Source: Candidatus Omnitrophota bacterium
GTDB taxonomy: Bacteria > Omnitrophota > Gorgyraeia > Duberdicusellales > Duberdicusellaceae
DNA: 64,000 nucleotides
Direction of reading: 5' to 3'
NCBI GenBank assembly: GCA_016932855.1
Contig: JAFGCB010000027.1
Coordinates: 2,721-66,720 of the forward strand
Shown: piece by piece, positions 20,104 to 28,968 of the stretch
Layout of the letters: each line of letters opens with the position of its first letter
Position numbering within the stretch: position 1 is the first letter of the stretch
The notes under the pieces: generated by a model
Database searches by the model: none
The model's input: only the letters and a program-made list of their open reading frames with translations
What the model was told of the DNA's origin: nothing
Program-made: the position numbers and the translations under genes

Positions 20104-20607
20104 ATGGGTCAAGAAGCAACGTTAGTAATCGTAAAGCCCGACGGGCTTATTAAATCCTTGACCGGCGACGTTCTTTCCCGGCTTTCCAAGACAGGTTTAA
20201 AAATAATCGGGGCAAAGGTTTTGGAAGTAACCCCGGAGTTAGCCCATGAGCACTACAGGCATTTAAAAGACAAGCCTTTTTATGGGGAGCTAATAAAATA
20301 TATCAGCGGATTTCTTCACGGCGAAAATAGAGTCATGGCTATGGTTTATTACGGTAAAGACGCGATAAGTAAAGTAAGGGAAATCGCCGGGAGCACTAAT
20401 CCTGAAGAGGCTGAGCCGGTTTCAATCCGGGGGGCTTACGGCCGTATTTTGACTACCGGCCTATATGAAAATGTAATTCACGCTTCTTCCAGCACTCAAG
20501 AAGCAGAGCGGGAGATAAAGCTCTGGTTCGAACCCCGGGAGATAGTGATTGAACTTTATCCCGCTAAAGACGCGGTGAACCCGCAAACAAAGAAAGTCTG
20601 GCTATGA
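20104..20607 (+). CDS. ndk: Nucleoside diphosphate kinase
   Basis: TLVIVKPDG, GSTNPEEA, SIRG, NVIHASS catalytic His. Confidence 0.92.
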   Translation: MGQEATLVIVKPDGLIKSLTGDVLSRLSKTGLKIIGAKVLEVTPELAHEHYRHLKDKPFYGELIKYISGFLHGENRVMAMVYYGKDAISKVREIAGSTNPEEAEPVSIRGAYGRILTTGLYENVIHASSSTQEAEREIKLWFEPREIVIELYPAKDAVNPQTKKVWL

Positions 20608-21260
20608 TAAGAAGCATGACCGGCTTTGTGACCAAGAGGATATTCCTTGCCGGGCCGAAAGAGCTGGCGATAAACATCCGGTCTTTAAACTTTAAGTATT
20701 TGGACATACATATTTCCCGGGTTCCTTGGGGCCTGGAGGAACTCGAGAAGGTCATATATGAAACAGTGATTAAAAAGATTAAAAGGGGAAGGCTGGACAT
20801 AACCATAAGCCTGAGCCAGGATAATATTAATAAGCCTTTGTCTGTAAAGAAGTTAAAGATAAAAAAAGCCTTTAGAGAAGCCCTGGAAGAACTCCTGGAA
20901 TTTAAAGAGCTCCAAGGGTCGCTCATAAAAAAAGACATAAAAACCATAACTTCGGCTCTTAAAAAAAGGAGCCAGTTTTTTTTAAAGTACTCAAAGAGGA
21001 TAGCCCAGAAGAAGCCGGAATCAGCGAAAGACATATTTGAGGAAGTTTCCCTTATAAACTTTTACCTGGGGCACCTGGATAAGATTTTAGATAAAGAGAA
21101 GGGCGAGTTGGGCAAGATTTTGGATTTTCTTTCCCAGGAGCTTTTGAGGGAAACCAATACTGTCTTGGCCAAAGTAAAAGACAGACAATTTTCCTTAGAG
21201 GCGGTTTACTTCAAAGAAGAGATTGATAGGCTCAGAGAGTTGGCCCAGAATATTGAATAG
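20604..21260 (+). CDS. yicC: YicC/YloC-family endoribonuclease (shortened)
   Basis: MIRSMTGF N-terminus; GKILDFLSQELLRETNT and LRELAQNIE C-terminus. Confidence 0.85.
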   Translation: MIRSMTGFVTKRIFLAGPKELAINIRSLNFKYLDIHISRVPWGLEELEKVIYETVIKKIKRGRLDITISLSQDNINKPLSVKKLKIKKAFREALEELLEFKELQGSLIKKDIKTITSALKKRSQFFLKYSKRIAQKKPESAKDIFEEVSLINFYLGHLDKILDKEKGELGKILDFLSQELLRETNTVLAKVKDRQFSLEAVYFKEEIDRLRELAQNIE

Positions 21261-21291
21261 AGAGTACGGAGTGCAGAGAAGAAGCAGAGGC

Positions 21292-21528
21292 GTGGAGATA
21301 ATTAATTTAGGCTATAATAACGCGGTTTTGAAAAATAGAGTGGTGACAATAGTAAGCGTGGGCGCAAACCCCGTAAAGAGGCTTATAGAAGCAGCCAAGA
21401 AAGAGAATAAATTGATCGATGCCACCTCTGGCCGGAAAACCCGGAGCCTCGTAGTCACGGATGCCGGCTTTTTCATTCTTTCTTCGCTTCAGCCCCAAAG
21501 GCTTATAGAGAGGGTCGGGCAGAGTTAG
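21292..21528 (+). CDS. remA: RemA/DUF370-family protein
   Basis: INLGYNN, KLIDATSGRKTRS, ILSSLQP; yloC-remA-gmk-rpoZ synteny; start uncertain (GTG 21271 or 21292). Confidence 0.85.
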   Translation: MEIINLGYNNAVLKNRVVTIVSVGANPVKRLIEAAKKENKLIDATSGRKTRSLVVTDAGFFILSSLQPQRLIERVGQS

Positions 21529-21632
21529 GTGAAGACGTCTTTTAATACAAGGCCTCGGTCATTGCGCAAGGCAAAAGTCTATAATAAAGTCTGGCTTGGA
21601 CAATCCGAAATTATGGCAAGAAGCAATAGGGT

Positions 21633-22205
21633 ATGAAGACAAAGATTTTTGTCGTATCCGGCCCTTCGGGTTCAGGCAAAACCAGTATTCTTAAAGCTTT
21701 GTTCAGGCGGAAAAAAATCAAGCGAAATTTTCTAATAATTCCTACCTGCACCACCCGGTCTCCCCGCAGAGGCGAAAAAGAAGCTGTAGATTATCATTTC
21801 TTGACCAGAGACAATTTTCAGGCCCTTAAAAAAAGAGGTTTTTTCCTGGAAAGTAAGAAATTTTTGCAGGATTTTTACGGAACGCCCAAAAGCTTTCTTA
21901 GCCAGGCCAGGAGGCAGAAAAAACATCCTTTGCTTTGCATAGACGTGGAAGGCGCTTTAAAAGTAAAGAAAAAATTTAGGCAGAGAAGCGTTCTTGTTTT
22001 CATAGATGTGCCTTCCGACAAGGCCCTTAAGGCAAGGTTGAAAAAAAGAAAGACTGAAAAGCAAGCTGTTTTAAAAAAAAGATTGCGTATTGCTAAAAAG
22101 GAAGTAAAATATGCAACAAAATACCATTACCGCATAGTAAATGAGAATTTCAAAGACACCGTGGATGTCTTGGAAGATATTTTTTTAAAAGAAACCCCGT
22201 CTTAA
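21633..22205 (+). CDS. gmk: Guanylate kinase
   Basis: SGPSGSGKT, TTRSPRRGE, DYHF, YGTPK, IDVEGA. Confidence 0.93.
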   Translation: MKTKIFVVSGPSGSGKTSILKALFRRKKIKRNFLIIPTCTTRSPRRGEKEAVDYHFLTRDNFQALKKRGFFLESKKFLQDFYGTPKSFLSQARRQKKHPLLCIDVEGALKVKKKFRQRSVLVFIDVPSDKALKARLKKRKTEKQAVLKKRLRIAKKEVKYATKYHYRIVNENFKDTVDVLEDIFLKETPS

Positions 22206-22222
22206 AATACAAGGAGTAAAGA

Positions 22223-22441
22223 GTGAGTTACATTCCTTTGGAGAAGTGTCTTGACAACAGCGGAGGCTCTATTTATAAGTTAACAGTAATGGTGGCAAAG
22301 CGGGCTCAGGAATTAGCGGAGGGGGCAAAACCTCTCGCTGAAAGCACGGAAGCGCTTGATCAGAAGCCCATACGTATGGCCTTAAAAGAGGTTGTACAAG
22401 GCTATTTGAAGGCGGAAAAGGTTAAGGCTCCAAAGGCTTAG
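22223..22441 (+). CDS. rpoZ: RNA polymerase omega subunit
   Basis: YKLTVMVAKRAQEL, KPIRMALKE; follows gmk. Confidence 0.88.
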   Translation: MSYIPLEKCLDNSGGSIYKLTVMVAKRAQELAEGAKPLAESTEALDQKPIRMALKEVVQGYLKAEKVKAPKA

Positions 22442-22459
22442 CCGCCTGTTTTGCATAGC

Positions 22460-22531
22460 GGCGCGGTAGCCAAGTGGTAAGGCGGCGGTCTGCAAAATCG
22501 CTATGCGCCGGTTCGAGTCCGGCCCGCGCCT
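22460..22531 (+). tRNA. tRNA-Cys(GCA)
   Basis: Cloverleaf GGCGCGG...CTGCAAA...GGTTCGAGTCC...CCGCGCCT; CCA not encoded. Confidence 0.93.
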
Positions 22532-22533
22532 TT

Positions 22534-22593
22534 AATAGCTAATGGCGTATAGCTAATAGCAAATCCTATACACTTTCAACTATAAGCTATTTA
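22534..22593. repeat. ATAGCTA-type heptamer hairpin between tRNAs
   Basis: ATAGCTA ATGGCGT ATAGCTA ATAGC ... ACTATAAGCTATTTAGC. Confidence 0.7.
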
Positions 22594-22678
22594 GCCGGAG
22601 TGTTGGAATGGCAGACAAAACGGACTTAAAATCCGTTGTCTCGTAAGGGGCGTGTGGGTTCAAGTCCCACCTCCGGCA
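22594..22678 (+). tRNA. tRNA-Leu(TAA)
   Basis: GCCGGAG...CTTAAAA anticodon loop, long variable arm, GGTTCAAGTCC...CTCCGGCA. Confidence 0.93.
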
Positions 22679-22682
22679 TCCG

Positions 22683-22759
22683 ATTAGTTATGCCTGGTTA
22701 GTAATGGGTGATGAGTATTATTCTTTACGCATTACCCATAACGCATTACGCGTTACGCA
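22683..22759. repeat. TTACGCA-type heptamer hairpin between tRNAs
   Basis: AGTAATG GGTGATG AGTATT ... TTACGCA TTACCCA TAACGCA TTACGCG TTACGCA. Confidence 0.75.
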
Positions 22760-22764
22760 GAAAA

Positions 22765-22842
<78 letters not shown>

Positions 22843-22847
22843 TTAAA

Positions 22848-22894
22848 ATTAACGGATTAAAGGATTAACTGATTAACGGATTAGATTAATTGAT
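22848..22894 (+). repeat. Octamer tandem repeat (TTAACGGA-like)
   Basis: TTAACGGA TTAAAGGA TTAACTGA TTAACGGA TTAGA TTAATTGA. Confidence 0.7.
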
Positions 22895-22901
22895 CAAGGA
22901 A

Positions 22902-24623
22902 ATGGAGACCAGGAACATAGAGGCATTGCGACATTCGTGCTCGCATATTATGGCCGGGGCGGTAAAAAAGCTTTATCCCGAAGCTAAATTAGGAATTGGC
23001 CCGGCGATAGAGAACGGTTTCTACTACGATTTTGATATACCCCGGGGATTAAAAGAGGAAGATTTGGCAAGAATAGAGAAGCTTATGCGCCAAATCGTAA
23101 AAGAAGGCCAGCCTTTTATTCATGAGGAATGGGATTCCGAGAGGGCCTCGGATTTTTTCCGAAAGCAGGGCGAGAAGTACAAGCTTGAGCTCATAAAGGA
23201 CCTAAGCTCCGCCAAGGTTTCTATTTATAAACATGACGATTTTGTTGATCTGTGCAAAGGCCCTCACCTCGGCTCTACCAAGGAAGTTAAGTATTTCAAG
23301 CTTCTTTCCACAGCCGGAGCTTATTGGAAAGGCCTGGAGACCAACCCTCAGCTTGTGCGCATTTATGGCACGGCTTTTTTTACCAAGGACGAGCTTGACA
23401 AGCATCTTAATCAAATCGAAGAAGCAAAAGCCAGGGATCACAGAAAGCTCGGGCCTCTTCTTAGATTGTTTGATATCTATCACGATGAATCCGGAGCGGG
23501 CCTTGTGTTTTATCTCGAAAGAGGCGCGGTTTTGCGGAGAATCATTGAAGATTGGGAAATAAAAGAGCATTTAAAAAGAGATTACCAGCTTGTTGTTACG
23601 CCTAATATTTTGGAAAGCAAGCTCTGGGCGAGAAGCGGGCATCTGGATTATTATAAGGAACTCATGTATTTAATAGAAGATGAGCAAGTTTCTTATGCTG
23701 TAAAGCCCATGAACTGCCCGGGCCACATGCTTATTTACAAGTCAAAGATAAGAAGCTATAGAGATTTGCCTTTAAGGCTTTTTGAGTTGGGAACGGTATA
23801 TAGGAAAGAAAAGAGCGGCGTCTTGCACGGACTTTTGAGGCTCAGGGGATTTACTCAGGATGATGCGCATATATTTTGCAGACAGCCTCAGTTGGAACAG
23901 GAGATAGGCGGGGTTTTGCAGTTTATAAAGGAAGCCATGGCGAAGTTCGGATTTAGCGATTTCAACGCCGAGCTAAGCACTCGGCCGGAAAGTTTTATAG
24001 GCAAGGAAGAGACTTGGGAGAAGGCCGAACAGATACTGGAGAGGATTTTAAAAGCCCAGAATCTTTCTTATCGGGTCTGCAGAGGAGAAGGAGCTTTTTA
24101 CGGTCCGAAAATAGATATAAAATTAAATGATGCCCTCGGCCGAAGCTGGCAATGCGCGACAGTCCAGCTCGATTTTTCTTTACCTTCGCGTTTTGGTTTA
24201 TATTATATTGACGAGAAAGGCCAGAAGCAGACACCGATTATGATCCACCGGGTTATTTTAGGGAGCCTCGAGCGCTTCCTGGCCACTCTTATTGAACATT
24301 ACAAAGGAGCTTTTCCTTTGTGGCTTGCCCCCCTGCAGGTAAAAGTACTTTCTTTAAAGACAAGCTGCATTGACTATGCCAATAGAGTAAGTTCTGCATT
24401 AAAAGAGGAATTTAGAGTAGAGGCTGACGTGAGGGAAGAGACTCTTTCCAAGAAAATCAGAGAGGCCCAGATAGAAAAGGTGCCGTTTATTGTTGTAGTG
24501 GGCGAGAAAGAGATAGAGGATAATACCGTAAACGTAAGAACGCGCCAGGGCAAACAGCTCGGCGCCATGAAGATCGAAGAATTTGCCGGGCTCATGAGAA
24601 GCGAGCTTGCCCGGAGTGAGTGA
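22902..24623 (+). CDS. thrS: Threonine--tRNA ligase (no N-terminal TGS domain)
   Basis: RHSCSHIM, DLCKGPH, RDHRKLG, KPMNCPGH, FTQDDAH, WQCATVQLD, GSLERF; ATG 22902 after AAGGA. Confidence 0.96.
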   Translation: METRNIEALRHSCSHIMAGAVKKLYPEAKLGIGPAIENGFYYDFDIPRGLKEEDLARIEKLMRQIVKEGQPFIHEEWDSERASDFFRKQGEKYKLELIKDLSSAKVSIYKHDDFVDLCKGPHLGSTKEVKYFKLLSTAGAYWKGLETNPQLVRIYGTAFFTKDELDKHLNQIEEAKARDHRKLGPLLRLFDIYHDESGAGLVFYLERGAVLRRIIEDWEIKEHLKRDYQLVVTPNILESKLWARSGHLDYYKELMYLIEDEQVSYAVKPMNCPGHMLIYKSKIRSYRDLPLRLFELGTVYRKEKSGVLHGLLRLRGFTQDDAHIFCRQPQLEQEIGGVLQFIKEAMAKFGFSDFNAELSTRPESFIGKEETWEKAEQILERILKAQNLSYRVCRGEGAFYGPKIDIKLNDALGRSWQCATVQLDFSLPSRFGLYYIDEKGQKQTPIMIHRVILGSLERFLATLIEHYKGAFPLWLAPLQVKVLSLKTSCIDYANRVSSALKEEFRVEADVREETLSKKIREAQIEKVPFIVVVGEKEIEDNTVNVRTRQGKQLGAMKIEEFAGLMRSELARSE

Positions 24624-24666
24624 TTTTTTCCGGATAGGTTGCTCTGTGTAAATAGAAAACAAATAA

Positions 24667-24761
24667 GATCCTTCGGACGCCTTGCGTCCTCAGGATCAAT
24701 TCCGACATAGACTTACGGAGGCAGAATGCCGAGGTAAGTCTATGTCGTCATTGAAAGGAGG
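24667..24761 (+). repeat. Two tandem hairpins in the infC leader (REP-like unit, then AATTC-hairpin-TCATT)
   Basis: GATCCTTCGGACGC-CTT-GCGTCCTCAGGATC; then AATTC, a 14-bp perfect stem CGACATAGACTTAC/GTAAGTCTATGTCG, and TCATTGAAAGGAGG. Confidence 0.75.
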
Positions 24762-24765
24762 AGTT

Positions 24766-25272
24766 ATTAGAAAGAGCGTACGAATAAATGAGGATATAAG
24801 AAGTTACACTATAAGGGTAATCGGCCCCAAGGGAGAACAGCTGGGGATACTAAGCCTTAAGGATGCTCTCAAGAAGTCCGAAGAATTCGATTTAGATTTA
24901 GTTGAAGTCGCCTCCAGCGCAACCCCGCCCGTATGCAGAATAATGGATTTTTCAAAATATAAATATGAACAGGAGAAGCGCGAAAGAGAGGCGAAGAAAC
25001 ACAGCAAGGCAGGGCACATAAAAGAAGTGCGCTTCAGGCCCTCCATAGACGAACATGATTATCAAACCAAGATAGGACACGCCAAGAAGTTTTTAGAAAA
25101 AGGCAATAAGGTAAGGGTTCGTCTTTTTTTCAGGGGCAGGGAGATGGCCCATCAGGAGATAGGTAAATTTCTAATGGAGCGGATCACCAAGGAGCTGGCT
25201 TCGGTGGCGAAGATCGATAAACCCGCCAGGCAGATCAACAGGATAATAATAATGGTTCTGGGGCCGAAATAA
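24766..25272 (+). CDS. infC: Translation initiation factor IF-3 (AUU start)
   Basis: RINEDIR, LDLVEV, PPVCRIMDF, KEVRFRP, FRGRE; in-frame ATT just downstream of the AAGGAGG SD, the usual infC start. Confidence 0.95.
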   Translation: MRKSVRINEDIRSYTIRVIGPKGEQLGILSLKDALKKSEEFDLDLVEVASSATPPVCRIMDFSKYKYEQEKREREAKKHSKAGHIKEVRFRPSIDEHDYQTKIGHAKKFLEKGNKVRVRLFFRGREMAHQEIGKFLMERITKELASVAKIDKPARQINRIIIMVLGPK

Positions 25273-25304
25273 CCTTTAAAACTTAGAAATTAACAATAGC
25301 CGAT

Positions 25305-25505
25305 ATGAAAAAGAAACTGAAAACCAAAAAGGCGCTGGCCAAGAGAGTAAAGATTACAAAAAGAGGCAAGATCTTAAGGAGGAAAGGTGGTAAGTCCCAT
25401 CTTCTTTCGGGCAAGTCCAGCAAGAGAAAAAGATCGTTAAGGAAGGCCACCTTAGTCAGCAAAGGGCACTTAAAGAAAGTAAAGAGAAGTCTGCCTTACG
25501 GTTGA
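25305..25505 (+). CDS. rpmI: 50S ribosomal protein bL35
   Basis: KLKTKKALAKRVKITKRGK, SHLLSGKSSKRKRSLR, LPY. Confidence 0.93.
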   Translation: MKKKLKTKKALAKRVKITKRGKILRRKGGKSHLLSGKSSKRKRSLRKATLVSKGHLKKVKRSLPYG

Positions 25506-25548
25506 TTCCGGAAAGAAGGCCGGTTTTTACAGGACGTAAGAAGCAGTT

Positions 25549-25743
25549 AATTTCCCCGCGCCTCTTTAAGGGTTCGGGGTCATTCAAGATTTTTCGCCCC
25601 CTCGGAAATACTCGGGGTCGAACACCGAGCGAATGCGAATGTGTTCAAAGGATGCTGAAGCGGAGCGAAGTACTGGATCGATCCCCCGCACCTTTGAATC
25701 ATTAATTATTAATAAAACAAAGGTTGAGGGTCATTGAAGGAGG
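25549..25743 (+). repeat. Mosaic of palindromic units in the rpmI-rplT spacer
   Basis: AATTT-CCCCGCGCC..GGTTCGGGG-TCATT; GAACAC..GTGTTC; CCCCCGCACCTTTG..CAAAGGTTGAGGG-TCATTGAAGGAGG. Confidence 0.7.
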
Positions 25744-25749
25744 AAAGAC

Positions 25750-26100
25750 ATGAGTAGAGCTTCCAGCGGTGTTCCGCGCAAGAGGAGAACAAAAAAGATA
25801 CTTAAAGCCGTAAAGGGCGCAAAGCTTGAAAGAAGCAAGAATTTGCGCCGAGCCAAAGAGACCTTAAAAAGAGCCCTTGCTTACTCTTACAGGGACAGGA
25901 AGGTAAAAAAAAGAGAGTTCCGCTCCCTCTGGATTACCCGGATTAATGCCGCCACCAGAGAAAGAGGGATAACTTACAGCAGGTTTATAGGCGGCTTAAA
26001 GAAAAATAAGATAGAGCTTTCGCGCGATATGCTTTGCCGTCTGGCAATAGAGGAACCCAAGGCCTTTGACGCTTTGGTTGATATCGCAAAAAGCGGCTAA
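25750..26100 (+). CDS. rplT: 50S ribosomal protein bL20
   Basis: YSYRDRKVKKREFRSLWITRINAA, YSRFIGGL. Confidence 0.96.
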   Translation: MSRASSGVPRKRRTKKILKAVKGAKLERSKNLRRAKETLKRALAYSYRDRKVKKREFRSLWITRINAATRERGITYSRFIGGLKKNKIELSRDMLCRLAIEEPKAFDALVDIAKSG

Positions 26101-26185
26101 ATTTATATAGCCTCAAGGCCTGTTTTTACTTTCGGCCTTAGATTACAGGGCTCTTTCGAAAACTCTAAATCGATAATCGTAAGAT

Positions 26186-26587
26186 ATGTATATAATAATA
26201 GTTGGCTGTGGAAGCGTGGGGGCCAAATTAGCCCAGGATTTTTCTTTAAGTAGAGACAATGTTGTGGTAATCGATAAAAGCAGGAAAGCCCTAGGCAGGC
26301 TAAGCGTCCCTTTTAACGGCCGGACCCTTATCGGCGACGCCATGGATCTAAAGATTTTGCAAGAGTCGGGAATTAGTTCCTGCGACGCCATTTTCGTTCT
26401 TACCGGCAACGAGAATTTTAATTTAGTCTTAGGTCAAATAGCCCAGAAGATGTTTAAGGTAAAAAAAGTCATTGTTCAAATGTTCAGCTTTTCCAAGGAA
26501 GAGGCTTTTAAGAAGAAAGACCTGGTTATTATTAACAGGACCAATCTTTTCTTGGGCAGGTTTAAAGAGTGTATATATAAAAAATAA
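26186..26587 (+). CDS. TrkA-family K+ uptake regulator, RCK_N domain only
   Basis: IIVGCGSVG Rossmann motif, GDAMD; ends at 133 aa without RCK_C. Confidence 0.85.
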   Translation: MYIIIVGCGSVGAKLAQDFSLSRDNVVVIDKSRKALGRLSVPFNGRTLIGDAMDLKILQESGISSCDAIFVLTGNENFNLVLGQIAQKMFKVKKVIVQMFSFSKEEAFKKKDLVIINRTNLFLGRFKECIYKK

Positions 26588-26699
26588 AGCGCAGCCAATA
26601 CGTTCAGTATTCTAATTGCTGAATGGGTGACGCAAGACGATAGCCACCGAACGATAGCCGTTTCGAGCTACGCTAGCGTTCGACGAAGAAGGGGTTGAC

Positions 26700-27362
26700 A
26701 TGTACATAGTTATTATAGGGGCTGGCAACATAGGCTTTTTCTTGGCCCACAAACTTATCGCCGATAAACACCAGGTGTGTTTTATTGAAAAGGACGAGCA
26801 CAGGGCGGAAGAGATAGCCCAGACTACTTCTATACCGGTTCTTCAGGGGGACGGTACAGAGCCCCGTATTTTGCAAGAGGCCCGGATAGATAAGGCCGAC
26901 AGCGCCGTGGCTTTAACATCTTTCGACGAAGTAAATATAATATCCTGCCAGATTGCCAAAGAGGTTTTTAAGGTAAAACGAACAATAGCTAAAGTAAACG
27001 ATCCTAAAAACGTAAAAATATTTTCGAGCTTGGGGGTGGACGTTCCTATTGATTCCACATCAATACTGTCACGCATCGTAGAGGAGGAGGCGTCGTTTAC
27101 CGACTTCGTGAACCTTTTAAGCATAAAGAAAGGAAAGCTTTCGATAGTAAGACTTGATTTACCCGAACAGTCGCCGGCAATCAATAGAAAAATAAAAGAT
27201 ATAAAACTTCCCGATGATACGGTTCTGGTTTCTATCCTGAGGCAAGACGAGGTAATTATCCCCAAGGGCGATACAGTCCTTCTTTTAGGGGACGAGGTCG
27301 TCGCCATCACCAATATTGAAAGACAGAAAGATTTAATAAGCACTTTGTTAGGAAAGATATGA
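26700..27362 (+). CDS. trkA: TrkA/KtrA-family K+ uptake regulator (RCK_N+RCK_C)
   Basis: IIGAGNIG, GDGTE, C-terminal IIPKGDTVLLLGDEV. Confidence 0.9.
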   Translation: MYIVIIGAGNIGFFLAHKLIADKHQVCFIEKDEHRAEEIAQTTSIPVLQGDGTEPRILQEARIDKADSAVALTSFDEVNIISCQIAKEVFKVKRTIAKVNDPKNVKIFSSLGVDVPIDSTSILSRIVEEEASFTDFVNLLSIKKGKLSIVRLDLPEQSPAINRKIKDIKLPDDTVLVSILRQDEVIIPKGDTVLLLGDEVVAITNIERQKDLISTLLGKI

Positions 27363-27469
27363 GAGTGTTTTTCGGGGTTTTGGTAGAGGTTTTTTATTGC
27401 TTTGCGGTTATTCTCTGGGGACTGGCCTTAAGCTTTCTTGTCTTTAACATTTTCCAACTACACTTTTAA
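27359..27469 (+). CDS. Putative 36-aa single-pass membrane peptide in the Trk operon
   Basis: MRVFFGVLVEVFYCFAVILWGLALSFLVFNIFQLHF; ATG overlaps the trkA stop (ATGA) and the ORF ends 5 bp before trkH. Confidence 0.6.
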   Translation: MRVFFGVLVEVFYCFAVILWGLALSFLVFNIFQLHF

Positions 27470-27474
27470 GCCCT

Positions 27475-28968
27475 ATGATTTTCTCTCCTACCAAAGATGA
27501 TCTTTCTTCTCTTCTGAACATCTTGGGCAAGCTTCTGTGCTTTTTGGGGCTGCTTCTTTTAATACCCGCGGCGATTGCCCGGCTTCTTGCCGAGCTTAAT
27601 CCTTTCTACGATTTTATAACAACCTTTTTTATATGCGAGTGCGCGGGCTTAATACTTTTGATTATCTTTCCTTTTAAGAAAGAGCCGGATTACTCCCTGG
27701 CTTTTCTCTTGGTGGCCTTTCTCTGGCTTCTTATCCCTTTTTTCGGAGCTTTGCCTTTGTGGTTTTCCGGTCATTTCGCCGGTTTTCTTGATGCCTTTTT
27801 CGATTCAATGAGCGGCTTTGCCACCACCGGATTATCAGTAATCCAGGATTTAGATCATCTGGCGCTTTCGGTAAACTTCTGGCGGCATTTTATTATGTTC
27901 TTGGGAGGCCAAGGGATTATTATAGTTGCCTTGTCCTTTGTAGCCAAAACCCCTGCTTACGGGCTAGGTCTCTATGTGGGGGAGGCCAGGGAAGAGAAGA
28001 TTTTGCCGAATATCATTTCTACGGCCAGATTTATCTGGACGGTAAGCCTTCTTTACTTTATATTGGGCAGCAGCGTTCTTTTTGCAGAGGCCTTAAGAGC
28101 AGGCCTTTCTTTTAAGAAAGCTTTGTTTCACAGCGTTTTTTTATTTATGGCAGCTTTTGATACCGGCGGATTTACTCCCCAGTCAATGAACGTAAGCTAT
28201 TACCACAGTCTGACTATTGAATTAACAACGGTTGTGCTTATGATTTTAGGTTCGTTTAATTTTAACCTTCATTATTTTCTTTGGATGCGAAGAAAGAAAG
28301 AGGTAATAGAAAATATTGAGACGCGCACCTTCCTTGTAACATTCAGCCTGCTTTTTTTGGTTTTAAACATAGATCTGCTTTCCAAAATGAACCTTTCTTT
28401 TATAGAGCTGTTTCGTAAAGGCTTTTACCAGGTTATCACTGCCCATACCGGCTGCGGTTTTTCCAACATTTCTATCTCGCAGCTTAAGGCCTGGCCGAAA
28501 GGGGCTTTAATCTTTATTACTCTGGCCATGGGCTTGGGCGGAGGAATCGGCTCTACTACCGGGGGAATAAAACTGATGAGGCTAGCTCTTTTAGGAAAAG
28601 CCGTGGTTTCAGAAGTTAAGTCCTGGATTTTCCCTTTGCGGGTAAGGGTCTACGAAAAGTATCACCACCTTCAAGATATGATTCTGGAGGATAAAAGAAT
28701 AAGGCTCGTTTTTATTGTCTTCTTCTTTTATATTGCCAGTTATTTTTTAGGCGCGGTTATAGGGGTGTTTTGCGGCTACCCCTTTTTAGAGTCTTTATTT
28801 GAGTCGACCTCTGCCTGTGCCAATGTCGGCCTTTCCGTCGGTATTACCTCCAGCTCCATGCCGGTTGCCTTAAAGATAACCTATATTATTCAAATGTGGG
28901 CGGGAAGGCTGGAGTTCGTATCTATTATTGCGGCTATGGGGCTTATTTTTTCTTCTTTCAAAAAATGA
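27475..28968 (+). CDS. trkH: TrkH-family K+ uptake membrane protein
   Basis: Four pore motifs (SGFATTG, AFDTGGF, AHTGCGF, ACANVGLS), GSTTGGIK, GRLE. Confidence 0.93.
   Translation: MIFSPTKDDLSSLLNILGKLLCFLGLLLLIPAAIARLLAELNPFYDFITTFFICECAGLILLIIFPFKKEPDYSLAFLLVAFLWLLIPFFGALPLWFSGHFAGFLDAFFDSMSGFATTGLSVIQDLDHLALSVNFWRHFIMFLGGQGIIIVALSFVAKTPAYGLGLYVGEAREEKILPNIISTARFIWTVSLLYFILGSSVLFAEALRAGLSFKKALFHSVFLFMAAFDTGGFTPQSMNVSYYHSLTIELTTVVLMILGSFNFNLHYFLWMRRKKEVIENIETRTFLVTFSLLFLVLNIDLLSKMNLSFIELFRKGFYQVITAHTGCGFSNISISQLKAWPKGALIFITLAMGLGGGIGSTTGGIKLMRLALLGKAVVSEVKSWIFPLRVRVYEKYHHLQDMILEDKRIRLVFIVFFFYIASYFLGAVIGVFCGYPFLESLFESTSACANVGLSVGITSSSMPVALKITYIIQMWAGRLEFVSIIAAMGLIFSSFKK

Noticed and set aside
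22843-22901. T-box leader for thrS (and for pheS)
   Set aside because: No T-box consensus, and the spacers are too short
24682-24765. N-terminal extension of IF-3 in the ORF track
   Set aside because: Runs through leader hairpins; the SD position supports the usual AUU start at 24766
25502-25705. 67-aa ORF between rpmI and rplT
   Set aside because: Translation of stacked palindromes, TTG start, no protein-like features
26588-26699. c-di-AMP (ydaO) riboswitch upstream of trkA
   Set aside because: Only GCTGAAT and AGCTA fragments resemble it; the rest of the consensus and an expression platform are not visible
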